Shown here piece after piece: positions 40,840 to 53,963 of a stretch of DNA of 64,000 nt (positions are counted from its first letter, which is position 1; every line of letters begins with the position of its first letter). The notes beneath the pieces are model-generated. The model saw only the letters and a program-made list of their open reading frames with translations, ran no database searches and was not told where the DNA came from. The stretch is from assembly GCF_035594765.1 (NCBI RefSeq), contig NC_085846.1, forward strand, positions 14,929,190 through 14,993,189, read 5' to 3'. Made by a program: the position numbers and the translations under genes. Source of the DNA: Anolis carolinensis (Eukaryota).

Positions 40840-41527
40840 CAGGGGTCCTCAAACTTTTAAAGCAAAGGGCCGGTCCACAATCCTTCAGACTGTTGAAGGG
40901 CCAAATTATCATTTGAAAAAAAAAAAAACGAACAAATTCCTGTGCACACTGCACATGTCTTATTTGTAGTGCAAAACAACAACAACAATGAAAGAACAAT
41001 ACAATATTTAAAAATAAAAACAATTTTAACCAAAATACATTTATCAGGATTTCAATGGGAAGTGTGGGCCTGCTTCTGGCCAATGAGATAGTCAGGTTAA
41101 TTAGGATTGTTGTTGTTGTTGTTGTGTGGCTTCAAGTCATTTCAGACTTTGGGCGAGCCTAAGTCTAAAATGTATTTATTTATTATTTATTTATTTACTA
41201 CATTTGTATCACACCGTTCTCACCCCAAAGGGGACTCAGAGTGGCTTACAAACTATATGTACATACAATATATTATATTATTAGCATAGCACACTATTAG
41301 CATTATATATTACTATATTGAACTATAGCACTATACTGTAATATTATTAGTAATATTATTAGTAATATATAGTTAATACTATTATATGATATTATTATTA
41401 GTGTTATATTGTATTACATTATAATATTATTATACAATATATTTTATTATAAAACTGAGGGCAGGGGCCAGGTAAATGACCTTGGAGGGCCGCATGTGGC
41501 CCCCGGGCCTTAGTTTGGGGACCCCTG
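40840..41527. mobile_element. Non-autonomous hAT element
   Basis: TIR CAGGGGTCC(T/C)CAAACT; perfect 8-bp TSD CTTTAGGG (40832-40839, 41528-41535). Confidence 0.9.
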
Positions 41528-44500
41528 CTTTAGGGGGTAGGACTAGAACTGTGAGTGGAAATGCAGGGAAACAGCTGTTAGTTAAGCATTAGGAAAACTT
41601 CCTAATGATCAGTGATGTAATATATTACGTAGCAGAATCTCCTTCTGGAAACATTTAAGCACAGGCTATCTGGCCACTGTCAGGAATAAAGTCGTTGCAT
41701 GGTACATGGATCCTGTCCTGATCAGTAAATTGGACTGGATCATCTCCAAGCCATTCAATCTGTAAATATTTTATGATTTCGACCAGAATTGCAACATTAA
41801 AAAGAGGAGAAAATCCAGTGTCTGCCCTGTTGTTTTATGGGTTGTCTACTAATGCTTCTTCTCTTAGCCAGAGCTTAGAAAAATTACATATTTGGACTCC
41901 AGCTCCCAAAGTTCCCAGACAACATAGCCACCGGCCATACTGGCTCAGAGATTCTGAGAGTTGTCTAAATAAGCAATTTTTCAAGCCGTTTTGTGATACT
42001 GCTACAGAATGGACTGCAGTTTGGAATTGCATGAGTAACCACTAAACATTTTGGAGAAATAGTGAAGTTGTTGGAGGCTAGGTGGGAAAGAGATTCAATG
42101 ACTCATAAAAGGTGCGGAGAAGCTAACAATGGGGTAGATCAACCATTAAGCCAGATGGTTGGCTCAATTAATTCTCTGTCACAAGAGAAGTCTTGACAGA
42201 TCACATTAACGTTCCAGATAACTCCACATCCTGTTTCTCAGTATCAGGCCAGATTTTCCTGGTAAGCCCACCAGCATGACATCAACAGTGACTGGGAGGA
42301 ATGTTCTTTCTGAACGTGAAGGTTCCATTTAGTTACGAGCCATGCTAGCTAAAGATTTCTGGGAGTCACAGCCAAAAATGCATTGATTCCAGACTCTTTG
42401 GGAAGGAATTGTGTAGGTCACTATATATTGTTTGATGGCATCTTACAGCAGTCTAGCTTAGCACAGCTAATAGTGAAGAATTCTAAGAGCTGTTATTCAA
42501 CAACCCATAAGGAAGCATTTTTCTGACTTCTACTTTAGAAGAGTTTGTTATGTTGGTCAAGGTCCCTTCTCTTGTTTAAAGAAAGGATGGCAAATTAACT
42601 GTACATTATTTTTTTAAATTTTGAACATATTACTACTCAGAAAGTTCATAGAGAGTTCAGGTGTTAGACAAGAGAGAGTAAAACAGCCATTGTTTCCACA
42701 CTATACATAAAATGTGCTTTGTGTGGCGTTTAGAGTCCTTCCAGATTGGTCTTAAAGAAGTGTAAGTTCTTGAGCATTGTTTGTTGTTGTCTCCACATCC
42801 ACTCATTTCATTAGTTTGTCTGTTTCTTGAAACTGTACAGATGCTTTCAGATCTTTTTAAAAGCGGGGTGTAGGTGCTTTGCTGTGGCCCTCATACGGTT
42901 TGTTTTCCTCTGATTTTTTAACAGGAGTTATAGTGCATAAATGTCACTTCACTATAGGAATATACGGTAATATAAAAAATTAACAGAAAGAAAAAAGGGA
43001 TACCTTTTTGTTCTGATAAGTCTCAGAATTTTAAAAAAATCAAAGAGAAGTGGGTTCAACCAGACTTCCTGAAAATGTCAATTATTTTATTGTACCTGCA
43101 TATTTACAGGTTTTCTTGTTCTTACATTTTTTTCCCTGTGTAATGTAACATTCCAGAAATTGATTTGCTCCTATTTCTACTCAAGCTTTTAAAATATTAT
43201 TTAAGACTAAAAAATGCTTAAGCAAAACATGCTAGCTCAGTATAAGGATCATTTTGTTTTAAGTGCTAACATTCCTCTTTTAGTTGCTTGACCTCTGTTG
43301 AATCTATACCCTAGCTGCATGTACTTGTCAGCCCTCTTTACTAGCCCTGCATCAGTAAAACACATCAACAAGCACCATTTTCATTTTGGTGTAAACTAGG
43401 TTTAAAAAATAAAGCTAATTGGAGAGTGGGAAAACGTTTTGAGTAGCATCAGGAATTCACTGGAAATACATGGAAACAAGTTTAATGTCATTGGGATATC
43501 AGAAATCAAAATCAGTTTGTACAGAAATGAAGCCTGGCATTTCCCAACACTTTGACCATCTGGAGAGTGACAGGACCACATGTGAAGCTGGTACAAGGGA
43601 TTTCCAGAAAATAATCCAGGACAACAAAAATTTTGTTTGAATTTTTAAATAAGCAAAACCAATAACTACAGTGATAAATCTCACAACCTCCCAACACATT
43701 TGTTCCTCCTGGAGGATCCTTGTATCCTTCTTTGCCTCCTCTCTCTTTTATTTTCTATATTGTTTGTTGTAGTTCTTTCTGCAAAAGCGAGTAATAATGG
43801 CTGATTGTTTGATGTAAATATAGGAAGCATCTGTTTTGAAGATTCCTTACTCAGCTCAAGGGTTTGCCTCTCAATCTCACAGGGTTGTTGTAGGGATCAA
43901 GTATGGAATTCTAGCTATATGGCCATCCGTAAAAGTCAGATAGGACATAAATCATATGAATCAGTCTTTTCCAACTTAGTGCCTTGCAGATTTATTTTAC
44001 TACAACGCCTAACAACCCACAAACCGTCATGATGCAATTTAATACTTCTCTTATAGTTTGTCTTTCTGCACTTTGACACATCTGAGATGGAATGAGAAAA
44101 TGATGAATCACAGAATCGGAAAAGACTACATGGGCCATCCAGTCTGGCCCCGCCATGCAACAAAAGCACAATCAAAGCATCCCTGAAAGACGGCCATCCA
44201 TCCTCTGCTTAAAAGCCTCCAAGGAGGAGGATTTTACTCCTAGGCAGTTCTTCCTGATGTTCAGGTGGAATGTCATTTCCTGTAATTTGAACCCATTACT
44301 CTGAGACCTAGTCTCCAGGGCAGCAGAAAACAAGCCTGCTCCCTCTTCCTTATGACAGCCTTTCAAATATTTAAACATGGCGACTTGGCCCAAATCTGTC
44401 ATGGATCGTATCACCCATTCAAATAATTCTTTGCACTGTAAACTGATTCCTACCCTGGAATAGAAATTTCAAAATTCAAACCCCTCCACTATTCAGAGAA

Positions 44501-45465
44501 ATTTCCAGCATGCAGAAAACCATGGTAAACTTAAGGTTAAGGTTAAAGAAAGGCATTCCCAACAATTAGCATTCTTCCCTCACCCCAATGAACAATGGGT
44601 TTTCCTTATAAATGCATACCTCAGTAGTCAGACTTCCAGATGAAGCCTGTGTTTACCTTCTGATGACTAATCACCAAAAGCACACTGGAATGCAAGACAT
44701 CGGGAGGTGACAGTACATTATAGGACAAACAAATATCTTTCACCACTTAAGGGAGAACAGTTTATAAATATATACTTATTGTCTAACTTGAGTGGTGAGG
44801 CAACTTTTAAAAGTGACCATGCCACTTCCAACAAGCTGCATGAAGCACTGTAGTATTGTTTACATCATACGTCTTTAAGGGACGTTTAGTAGGCTACACT
44901 ATCAAGTAACTACATCTTGCCTATTCCACTGAACTGTTTTCTTGCACACCAGATATGTGTGTGACCAACTGCTTATTACTCAATATAACTCAGCTGATTG
45001 AACTGTAGTTTCTAGGATCTCAGCAATTTCAAAACTTCAATTTCCAGAACTTCTTGAAATCCTTAATTTGGAAATGCAATGGAAAAAGTTGTTTGTATTC
45101 CAGATAGACCATTTGGCTGCTTCCAACTTGAGCTCTACATGCAAGTAAGCAGCCATTAAGTATTTATGGTAACTATGGTTTAGCTGTTATATTTCAGAAT
45201 AATGTGGTTCTTTTACCTTTGAGTATTTTCAGAAGAGGGTGAAAATGCCAAGATTAAAGGTTCATATAAGAAGAAGCAGTTTCCATTAAAGGGTCAGAAA
45301 CCAAACTGTACAAAACACACAGGTAAAATTCTGAGCCAGACTAAGGAAAAGTTCCTTATATGGACTACAGCTCTCAGAATCCCAGGGTCACCATTAAAGC
45401 TGAGATATCCTGGAGTTAAAGGGAGGTGTTAATATTTTTAAGCTGTAGAAGATAGTAATGGATGA

Positions 45466-45845
45466 TCTGCCTTTATGGAACTCCCTCCCCAGCGATATCC
45501 GGCAAACCCCATCCCTCCTGGGATTTAGAAGAAAACTAAAAACTTGGCTCTGCACCCAGGCATTCAGCGAATAAGCTCACGGGCTGATGTAATCGGGTCG
45601 CAAATCTGTAATTGTAGCAGTAGTGAATGACTGAGGATGGTGCAATATTGCTGCCTTGCAGCGTTTTAATTTTTGTATACTTTTAATCATGTTTTTATCA
45701 TGTTTTTATCATGTTTTAATTGTTTTGTTTTTATAGTATATTTGTTGCTGGCCCTCGTGGCAGAATGTAAGCCGCTCTGAGTCCCCTCGGGGAGAAGGGC
45801 GAGGTATAAATGCATGTAATAAATAAATAAATAAATAAATAATTT
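45466..45845 (+). mobile_element. L2-clade LINE 3-prime end
   Basis: LWNSLPSDIRQTPSLLGFRRKLKTWLCTQAF* followed by UTR and (AATA)n tail. Confidence 0.75.
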
Positions 45846-45962
45846 ATCTGCCATGATCAAAACTTCTTATTGCATAGCTAATGACCACACTGGAGAATTT
45901 GGGGAGTTGTACTCCAAATAAGAGACTTTTTGAAGCTCTGAATATTCTGTTCTCCTCAACAG

Positions 45963-46566
45963 CTTCACGTGGACTGATGCTCGCTTGAACCGTCAACTTG
46001 TCACACGGCTTACAGGAGAAGTGACAGAAGCTTTTGACCGGGAATTTCGAACCTTGTATGCTGCCTCCTGTCCCTTGCCAACTCTGGAGGTGTCACCTCG
46101 GTCTCAGCCCACATCCACAACTCCATTGCCAACCCCCAATGGCCCAGATGCAGCTCCATTCATCAGTGTCCTGGATGGGGTGCAGCTATCCAACCGTATT
46201 TCAGAGCGGCGTTCTGTGGCTCCTCAACCTGTGGCCAAAAGCCGTGCTGGCGAGTGGGATCTCGTATTAGCCTCACCAGCCACAGCAGAAGACCCTATGC
46301 TACCTGTCGCATCTCCTGAGGTATCAATCCGAAACCGGCTTGCAGCATGGCGTGGCAAGGATATTTCCGGAGGGGGCCAGCAGGGCACTCCTGAGGGACA
46401 CAACGCTCTAAGTGATATTCTTAGGAATGTACAACGGAATCGGCTCTCAGTAGCCAAAACTACAGGGGCCCGTCCAAGTAAGTCACTGTGGGATCTCAGC
46501 CGGCTCTCCGGATCCAGCACAACAGGATGGGGATGGAATGGGACAGATTCACCTGAGGATGCCAAG
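45963..46566 (+). CDS. FAM83E: FAM83E coding exon 4
   Basis: Acceptor tctcctcaacag|C completes AGC. FTWTDARLNRQLVTRLTGEVTEAFDREFRTLYAAS contains the FxxxF CK1-docking motif; ALSDILRNVQR...GARPSKSLWDLSRLS is FAM83E-like. Donor AAG|gtaagc; 604 nt. Confidence 0.94.
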
Positions 46567-47760
46567 GTAAGCACTGCTCACCTTGAGTTGGAACTCAAGT
46601 CAATGGTTCATTTTACAGACCCCAGCCTTCTTGTCCCCCACTATCCACTGCTCCAGTTATCAATTCCTTTTCTTCTCAGTGAATCTTTAGCTCCTGGTCC
46701 CTGCAGAGCTTAGCAATTTTCCTTTCTCAACTACAGTTCCTAGAATCCCACAATCAGAATGGCCATTGGCTCATAAATAAAAAGCTTGGTAAAGGCAGAA
46801 AATATCAGCTCATTCTCTACTAATTTTCTTCCATTGTATTTTCCCCCTACTATAGCTCTATTATTAGATTGCAACTGCTATCATTGTTGTTATAATTAAC
46901 CAAACAGTATCACTTCCTATAAAACTATATTTTTGTTATGTGCCTTCAAGCGGACTCCAACTTACAGCAACCCTATCATTGGGTTTTACCAGTAATTGAG
47001 ATTTTTCATTGTCATCATCAGAGATCAAAAGAGTATGATTTGCCCAAAGTCACCCAGTGTGTTGCCAGGGGCGAGTAGGAATTCAAACCCTAATTTTCTA
47101 TTTTAAAAAAAACTTGGAAAAAAAAGCAAACTTGTTTACTACCTCCTACACTTTTTTAAACAAAATAATGCAGATTGCTTAGAACTTAGCCTCTAACCCA
47201 GAAAGAGCATATTAACTGTAGTTTTTTCTAGACACATCCCAGTCCATGTCTGAAAGAAGCATACTTTGCACTTGATAGCAAATTAATGTTTTGATTAAGG
47301 GTTCTAGTGGGACAGTATTTCCTTGCATCTATATGATATTTTTGACTGCTGGTCATTTGTGTAGTGGGGGAAATGACAGACAGATAAAAACCATAGGAAA
47401 ACCTTGTGTCTCTGCAAATTTGGCACTTGAATCAGACAGCTGGTGTGCTTACTCATAAGTAAGGACTCCAGTCTGCAGTATGAAAAGGCAAGCTGGCATG
47501 CCTACTCAAAAGCAGACTGACTTGAGGAAATGCCTGTGTCTCACATTAGACTAAAGTTTTTCTTCCCTTGTAAACCGATCAGGTCTCAAGATAGTAGCTG
47601 AATCTGCTGTGCAAGCCATGAACTAGGGGCTAGTTTCAAACAAGTCTCAATTAATCCGTGTTGTCCCATATTTTCAGTTGGTTCTAAAATGCCTCAGATT
47701 TTCTCTTCTCCTCCCCCTGTTCTTTTTCATCCTTTGCTTACTTCAGTTGCTAGTGGCTGA

Positions 47761-47914
47761 GGCCCCTTCCACACTGCCCCTATATCCCAGGATCTGATCC
47801 TAGATAATCTGTTTATCCCAGATAATTATCTGGCCGTGGAGACACATATAATCCAGTTTAATTCAGATAATCTGGAATCAGATTTTGGGATATAGGGGCA
47901 GTGTGGAAGGGGCC
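47761..47914. mobile_element. PIF/Harbinger-type MITE
   Basis: Long TIR GGCCCCTTCCACACTGCCCCTATATCCCA, 3-bp TSD TGA. Related palindromic MITEs at about 1528-1688, 6745-6860, 9386-9540, 11788-11892, 21642-21780. Confidence 0.8.
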
Positions 47915-49739
47915 TGAGTTCAACGTGCAAAAGTAGTTTGTAATCTGGCAACTTAGAAAAGGTAAAAGGATAAGAGCAGACAAATTTCTACCCTTAGACT
48001 AAGCCAAAACCAAACTGCTGCAGCCTTTCCTAGCCTGTGAGTTCCTCATTATTGACTTTTGCCATCGTTTCCACACCTTCATATTGCTTGGCCATGTGTG
48101 TCCTGATTTTCATCTGTAAAATGTTGGGGGATATGAATCGTGACATGTTTTAGAAGTCCCATAGTATTGATTTTTAAATATTTATTATTTTAACAGTTAG
48201 GAAAACCTGAGTTTTTGTTTTAAAACATAGTACTTACAGGTCCTTCAAAATCTGGGTCACTAAACTTTAGCTTAGCTTGTGCACCAGTCCAATGCTGGGC
48301 AGCCCACAGCCTTTCAAAACTGGGACAAAAGACAATGTAACGCAAAGCAGCAATGAAGTTAGCCACAGCCCAAGTCCACTTCAACTTGCAGGCTGCTTTG
48401 CTTCAAGAGAATGTGGGCCTCATTTCCCCAGTTTCCTTATCTTTAGGATGTCAAACTGCTCCTTTCCCATAGGCAGTTTTTATGACTCCTTCAGACTCAT
48501 TTCCAAACCCAGCCCTTGGTCAGTGATACCCTCCCATCAGCAGAAGGATGTGAGGATGTACCTGCTACAGATGCCATGCCCAGTTCTAGTTCCTTCTCTA
48601 AATCAGCTTCTACTGTGCAAAGCTAACAAAAAGAGAGGGGCATGTGGTAAAGAGAAGCAGTTGGTGGGAGGGAAAGCTAACCCTCTCCTACGCAACCCCC
48701 TGCTAGTCTTTTCTTTCTGTTATTTTGCCAGCTGTGCTCAAAAACCAAAAATAAATTCAACAGGGAGGAGAGGGAGAAATTGCTGAGGGAAGGAATGGCT
48801 TCTGGAGGAAGGGTTCAGATCCTTCTTCAGAAGTCCCCCTACTCCAATCTCTCCCATCCCAGGTTTGAGTTACTTGGAAAACATGTGATTGTTGTGAGAT
48901 ATGCTACTGTTATATCCTCATTTCTTTCCTACAGAAACAGCTCTTCTCCAACATCCCACACCCCTGCTTTCCCTCTCATACACACTGCTCAATTTATAGT
49001 CACCATGAAAGGTGCACAGGCACTTTCCTCCCCCATGCTCCTTTCTGTAAGACAAACACATTTGGTTTTCAATGTGTTCCCCTTTGAGTTGCACCTTAAA
49101 CTCTGACTCCCTTGGGAATTGAAATTTCTTTAGTAATTTACGTTTCCATAGGAACACAAATTTCAATATTTTCTAATCCTGTTTGGTGCAGGAGGTCACA
49201 TTTAACATTCTGATGCATTCACTCCTGAAAGGAGCAGCAATTTTAGTTGCGCACTACCGACAGACCACAGCCAAGGCTTTTCCTAGGAGTTCTGGATGTT
49301 TTCAGAACAGGAAAACCACACATTTTGCCATAAACTTCAAATTTTGTATTTAGTATTTCAGTTCCTACAGAAACCAACCCCTGACTTTGATTTCTTATGG
49401 ATTCTGGTTACTGTGAGAACCAAATTCTCTTAATCTCAACCCCAAATAAAAACTCCCCGGGTTAGAAAGACATACATTCACTTCCTAAGATCAAGGCTCC
49501 TTAGTAATAAAGATTTGAATAGGGCCTTCTTAAAGTCCAGCTTCTTTTCTGCAAGTATAAATAGCACCAGCATCTTTTGACCAAGTGTGATGCATTGATA
49601 GACCACTTGTCAATGGGCTTACAGTTACTAAGGAAATGTAGTACATTTAAAAAAAGACTGCAATCTTAGCTGTGATTCCCATTCCCATATGTTGCTCCCT
49701 ACCCTAAAAATGAGGAACCAGTGATTTCTAGATGCCAGA

Positions 49740-50130
49740 TCCTATAATCTGAGTCCACTGACTACGCTATGTGAGGTTGACCAGAATTTCAGTACGGCAA
49801 TATCTAGAAGGCTACTAGAATTCAAAGATATGTTAATATGTGAAGAGATCATTAATGTGCCTTGGGGAAAGGAGATGCTTCTGGTATAGGAGGTAAGGAA
49901 GTGTTGTCCTAGGTCAAGCATGAAGATGCTGGCATATTGTGGTACCATGTGTGTACCCATGACAGTACCATTATGAGGGTATGTGTTATTACCAAAAGTA
50001 AAGTAGGTGTATATGCAAGAATGAAGTGGCAGACCTTAGTGTTATGGCTTCACCTGGAATGATTTTCCTGACAGCTGCCAGTTGACTATTTACAGTCTGC
50101 TCATAAAGGTCAATTCCTAAGCATCAGTTG
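49740..50130 (-). mobile_element. Penelope-like element RT fragment
   Basis: GTVMGTHMVPQYASIFMLDLGQHFL resembles the Penelope RT motif GTAMGT.MAP.YANIFM..LE..FL; degraded. Confidence 0.7.
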
Positions 50131-51642
50131 ACTCCATGTATCTCAGGAGGTAGACTAAGTCTGCAAATGGTTATGCTACAACTTCTTTCTCTCTGTTAGT
50201 CTCAAGATCCCTTTAGAAGGCCACTTGCAGGCTGCTGTGCTTCAAGAGAATATGGACTTCATTTCCCCTGCTTCCTTATCCTTAGGATAAGGATTACTCA
50301 TTCCTGCACTGCCCTCATTTGGCATAAAGGTGACTATCTCTGTTTCTCTCTATCCGTCACAGCTTCTGTAGCCCACAGAAGGCGGAATGCAGCTATGTCA
50401 GAGGGCAGGTTTGATAACATTGACAGCAGGAAAATTGACCAAATGCAAAGGGCTCGATCCCCTGAGAATTTTTCTCATATTAAATTTACTAAAATAAATG
50501 GGAGCATAGTCAAGTACGCCCCATAGGCAATGAGTGTGGCATGGAATGGAATGTCATTAATTTTCTACCTCAGGTTGGTAATAGCTAATGCTTGGCTCCT
50601 GTATACCTATTTTGTCACAGGGCAACCAGTTGCAAAAAAAACCAGGGCAACAAAACAGGGTAGAGGAGGAGAGGCAACAGGCCTCACAAAAGTGTTAGAT
50701 TTTCCTCACCAATAACCCTGGAGTTTTCTGACAAACAGAAGAGGTAGGGAAGGCTTCCTTTCTTGACTTCCCACCTTGGACCAACAGCAACAGACATCAC
50801 CTTAGGACAATATTGATAAAGGCAACACCCATGCTGGACAGGAAGAATTCTACAGCGACAAACAAGCCTTGGGCCAGGACTATCCCTTCTACTTATCAGG
50901 TAGAATTGCCACCTCTGTGGCAGGCAGCCACCTGATAAGTGTCACCCTTCCTGTCTCTCAGTGCCAGGAGCACAGCTGTTAATGCGTACAAGGGAAATGA
51001 GCAAGCTGGAGGCAATCCTACTTGGAAGCAGCTTCTCCTGTTAAATTTCACACTCTTTACCTTTTCTTCCTAATCCTCCCTTATTAATGTTCTTCCACAA
51101 TTTTCATTTGCTGCAGTTTCTAAATCAAACCATTTTAATCTGCTTTCAGGGGAGGGAGAGTAGAGGAATCCAGAAACTCATGGAACCTCAAAGACTAACA
51201 AATGTAATGTAGCTTCAGGCTTTATAGACTATGGGTCCCATTTATTACATATAGACATGAAGTGCAATCCAGAATTAAAATGTGTGGTTGTATCTCAACA
51301 GAAACACACACAGGGAATATGTAAGACTGGGTAAGAGTAAAATCAGAGGGAAGCTAAAGGAAGAAAGGGCTGACCATAACAACTGCACTATTAGTAAATG
51401 ATTGGTATAAAAATATCAGTCCTACAACTGTTATTGTAAATATTGTCTACATTTAATTTCCCTCTGAGCTCACTGTGTAGAGTCCCACCCATGAACGTGT
51501 TCATATACCACTGAAATCCTGGAAATAAAATATTTTAGGCCTCATTTCTCTTGAACACTGGATTGGGAATGGAAATTGCTTTGTGACACAACTTAATTCT
51601 ATGCCTAAACCACCTTTTGTTTGTTTTTTAATCCATCTGAAG

Positions 51643-51882
51643 AAGTGGGGCTACCAGGATACACCAGCAAAGGAGCTGATGAAACAACGTGGAACTGGCC
51701 ATACCCCAGATGAGTCGAGGACACCCATCTACCTAGCACATGGACGCATGACCACTTCCCCTGCCTACCCAGCTTTAGGAAGACTACAAGGACAGCTATA
51801 CCATCACACGGCTGGTACAGGCCTACCTCGGGCTTGGGTGCATTCAGGGAAACCTCAATATGGGCATCAGATACGGTTCTGA
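51643..51882 (+). CDS. FAM83E: FAM83E coding exon 5 (terminal)
   Basis: Pyrimidine tract then aag|AAG TGG; KWGYQDTPAKELMKQRGTG...GHQIRF*. The five exons sum to 1599 nt = 532 aa + stop. Confidence 0.88.
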   Translation, partial: KWGYQDTPAKELMKQRGTGHTPDESRTPIYLAHGRMTTSPAYPALGRLQGQLYHHTAGTGLPRAWVHSGKPQYGHQIRF

Positions 51883-53929
51883 AATCACTTTGAAGCTGTG
51901 AAGTGATGGGGGAGGAGATAACAGGAGAGTAACCTTGAAAAGACTGGAAATTATTCTACAACAGGAAATTATTCTGCAACTGGAACTGACATTCTTGTTA
52001 GAGCTGAAAGTGTATATAGGGAATGATTACAAGAATGGTTTTAGTATATTATACTATAAATTGGGAGACGTTACTGCCGAGTGACTCCCCCCTCACCAAT
52101 GAACTTCAAAATGCCGTTACGAGCTGATACCATTATATACTGTGACCAACCTGTGTCAGCAAACTAAGGAACAAATTTCTCCTAATGCAGCTACATTAGG
52201 CTTGACTTGGTTTGCATAGATGGAACTGGAAACAAGCAGCAAGTTGGAAAAGCTATACTGATGAGCTGGCTCAAGGGAACCAGGGTACAGCTAATGAGGC
52301 ACTGAGAAGCAATATAAAGCATTACAGTAAAAGAAAAATGGGATGCTAGTTTAATTCTATCTCAACAATGGTAAAAGAGAAGTCATTACTGCAGGATCTA
52401 TGATGTGAATACAGATACAATATCTTTCCTAGGTTATAGCTCATCATTATATCCATTATCAAAATACGGTATTTAAGAGGCACTGGAATAAGGCAGCCTG
52501 CAGGAAATGCTTTGACATTTAAGAGGCTAGAATAATTACACTGAGCCCTATTGGTTTCTAAGGGGTAGGATTTAGAAGAGAAGACTATTTAAAGGGAGTT
52601 AGAGATTTGTGAATCTAAGTGACTACATGTGTGCACACACCTAATCCAGCAAAACTGATAAAGAACACTAACACAATGTGTTTCTTACAAAATGGAAGGG
52701 GGGGTATCAGCTCCTTGTGGAATCATCTCCAAAATCCAAAGGACCCAGATGTTCCAAAGCAGTTTTCCAGAACACTTCAAGCAATTGCTTCTTTGCCCAG
52801 AATAGTAATCAATGCAGTATTCAATGGAGACTCATTCAATTATTCTGAGGTTTCAATCTTGAAACTGATAGTTGGCATATAGATTGTATTGCGGCTGTGT
52901 CCACCCAGCCTAATTTTTTTTTGTACTGTCTTCCCTTGACATTATCTTTCCAACATTCTCCAGAGATCTCAAAAGTGCACTTACTATTTGGGGTTGTCCA
53001 AGTAAAATGTTATTGCTCAACCCTGAATTTTGGAAGAGTTTTGTTTTCCCCCCATATTAATCACCACATTTTCCTTTCCTCTCCGTGTTTACTGAATCAA
53101 GAGGAAGCGGTTGTAATTGGCACAAGTTAAGTTATCAGATTTATAATGAACACAGAATAGTAATGATAATGCCAGGAAGTAATGCTATTTTAATCATTAA
53201 AGGACATGCATTATGTGAATTCAACATAAGGAAGCAAGAAGTGTATGTAACAAGACTGTGAAACCATACTGTAGGCCCTGCCTGAATCCACAAATAACTT
53301 CATGTGCATGTGAGTCCAGAATACTTTAAAAAGTAAGAGTGAGAAGACCCAGTTAATTAAGCAGAAGAAATATCCAGTGAATGACCCTGAGAATCTGGTC
53401 AAAGGCTCTAGTATCCTCATGCGAGTGGGAAGATGACTGACCAAGACACCTTGACAAAGAAAATGCCAAACACCTATGCATCACAGAGCAATTTTTCAGC
53501 ATGGATAAGAGGAGGTGGCATTACGGTTGCTAGGAGCTAGACTCAAGAGGTCTCCTGTCTTGGATTGTTGCGGAGAAGGGAACATTCCAGCAAGATGCAG
53601 CATCTATCATTTCTACATTGGGGTGGGCTAATTTTAGGCTACATACTCTCTTTAAAAAAAAAAAAAACTAGAACCTGAGGCCCACCAAGTGCAGAACTGG
53701 CTCAAGGTAGGTCAGCATATAATGAGACTTCATTCAAAACTGAATACTGTTGAGCACAGAATTAGCTGCAGAATTTCTTTCAGTACCAAGATATCTCTTA
53801 TATTCCTTTCCTTTACAAAGCCACTCCTGGCTTTTCCCTTACTGGAGGGTTAGGCAATTAGTGCCTCTCCAGATATGGCTGGACTACAGATCCGTGAAAC
53901 ACCATTTTTAAAAAAAAAAATGTCTCTGA

Positions 53930-53963
53930 AATAAATGTAATGCTTTGACAGCAAGGTTTTATT
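53930..53963. terminator. Back-to-back poly(A) signals: + AATAAA 53930-53935 (FAM83E) and - AATAAA 53963-53958 (LOTUS gene)
   Basis: By my scan, each is the first canonical hexamer downstream of its stop codon. An ATTAAA variant occurs earlier on +, near 53196. Confidence 0.5.

Noticed and set aside
46567-46713. C-terminal tails of ORF-track entries for FAM83E exons
   Set aside because: Intronic read-through past consensus donors; the same applies to 27104-27139 and 30677-30706.
48277-49166. ORFs of 169, 108 and 82 aa in FAM83E intron 4
   Set aside because: No recognisable domain or coherent splice structure; likely chance ORFs.
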